Shown: piece by piece, positions 63,079 through 64,000 of the stretch
Numbering within the stretch: position 1 is the first letter of the stretch
How the letters are laid out: each line of letters opens with the position of its first letter
Source of the DNA: Neoechinorhynchus agilis
Lineage: Eukaryota; Animalia; Acanthocephala
NCBI GenBank assembly: GCA_051530055.1
Contig: CM121341.1
Location: 13,370,784-13,434,783 of the forward strand
Reading direction: 5' to 3'
DNA: 64,000 bases
Notes under the pieces: model-generated
Databases searched by the model: none
What the model was told of the DNA's origin: nothing
The model's input: the letters and a program-made list of their open reading frames with translations, nothing else
Translations under genes and position numbers: made by a program

Positions 63079-63631
63079 AGCAATTGATGATTATTAGTAG
63101 TTGAGAGCCATTAGAACTTCATATTTTAGTTTAGTACAAAAAATTAAACTTTTTTTCCAAAAAAATTGAAAATTTACAGAACACAGGAGACGTCCGATCG
63201 TAAGTTACAGTATTTTGTTTTATCAAAAGGATAATTTTTTACTATTTTCCATCTCGATTGGTGGGCGACCCGGATAAAACGTATTTTATTGTTCGCAAAA
63301 TATTTCGAAAGAGGAAACCTCCTCGCATTATTCATCATTGTTTCGCAAGACCGGGTGATTATCTTCATCACCAGGTTAAAATTTACTATCCCGGTGGATT
63401 TTCTCGATATGAATTTCTAAAATTTTTTGTAAAAGGCATAAATATTGACATTATTTACAAGCTTATATATTTGTTAGCAAAAAAGGTCGAATTGACGTGG
63501 TCCAAATTCAGCAAAGATTCGACATACAGATAGAAGTTTATTGATTCTCAACGTTACGGCATCGAACGTAAGTTCGCTTCTCTCTCTAGAAGCCGTTTAC
63601 CTCCCTTTCAACTCCTTTTTTTCTTCAGAAA

Positions 63632-63907
63632 ATGGGTAAATCGTCATCGAAGCAGCAACCTCAGAATCTTGCTCCATCTACGTTGATTCCAATGGGACAA
63701 ACAAATCCAATGTTCCAACCTCAACATCATATCATCCCGATGCCCTGTACTCAAAACCAAACGTTTCCATCTCAACTCACGAGTTTCGTCCCCATGTTCC
63801 CGGAACAATGGTTTGTGCCACCTTCAATTACACCATTCACAACCACTAGAGCACCAGTAATGTTTGACGATGCGGTGCTGATGGACCAAAGAGTGCGGCG
63901 TTACTGA
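63632..63907 (+). CDS. 91-aa array protein copy; 61-nt 5' UTR intron at 63568-63628
   Basis: Intact ORF; TATA-like TTATATATT upstream; ATTAAA downstream of the stop. Confidence 0.7.
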   Translation: MGKSSSKQQPQNLAPSTLIPMGQTNPMFQPQHHIIPMPCTQNQTFPSQLTSFVPMFPEQWFVPPSITPFTTTRAPVMFDDAVLMDQRVRRY

Positions 63908-64000
63908 AGCAATTGATGATTATTAGTAGTTGAGAGCCATTAGAACTTCATATTTTAGTTTAGTGCAAAAAATTAAACTTTTTTTCCAAAAAAATTGAAA

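Larger units (their letters stand above)
55795..64000 (+). repeat. Tandem array of ~830-bp units, at least 10 copies, continuing past the window end
   Basis: Unit ATG at 56156, 56984, 57813, 58647, 59476, 60313, 61143, 61971, 62803, 63632. Confidence 0.97.

Noticed and set aside
59017-63371. Repeated minus-strand 65-89-aa ORFs (MVMKIITRSCE...) in the array
   Set aside because: Variable starts and lengths, no splice or promoter support; recurrence is explained by the tandem repeat.
55795-64000. Spliced-leader RNA or 5S rRNA tandem array
   Set aside because: The GTAAGT donor has a cis acceptor ~61 nt later followed by an ORF; no 5S sequence or clear Sm-site-terminated small RNA recognised.

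Overview
AT-rich eukaryotic genomic DNA with compact genes, short spliceosomal introns (mostly 32-61 nt) and divergent proteins. The organism cannot be named from sequence alone. Recognisable genes are RNPS1, Rab1, PP2A scaffold subunit A, TFIIS, a METTL2-like tRNA m3C methyltransferase, PTPA, a CNOT10-like protein, a CFAP20-domain protein with a long basic tail, an SMPDL3-like phosphodiesterase, an ALKBH6 pseudogene, a CAD-family dehydrogenase fragment and tRNA-Pro(AGG). Between them lie remnants of LINE, CRE-like, Penelope, RTE, L2/CR1 and Tigger/pogo elements, many hairpin or MITE-like palindromes, local duplications, a 269-bp satellite and an ~830-bp tandem array of a small, putatively myristoylated Pro/Gln-rich gene. 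The main unexplained signal came from manually reconstructing about 25 introns. In roughly two thirds, the 5' splice site can base-pair with a complementary element in the branch-point region, and that element co-varies with the donor sequence. This also holds across a 997-nt intron and at ancestral intron positions. A few junctions lack a clean GT-AG solution. All intron models and folds were derived by eye, without RNA data or folding software.
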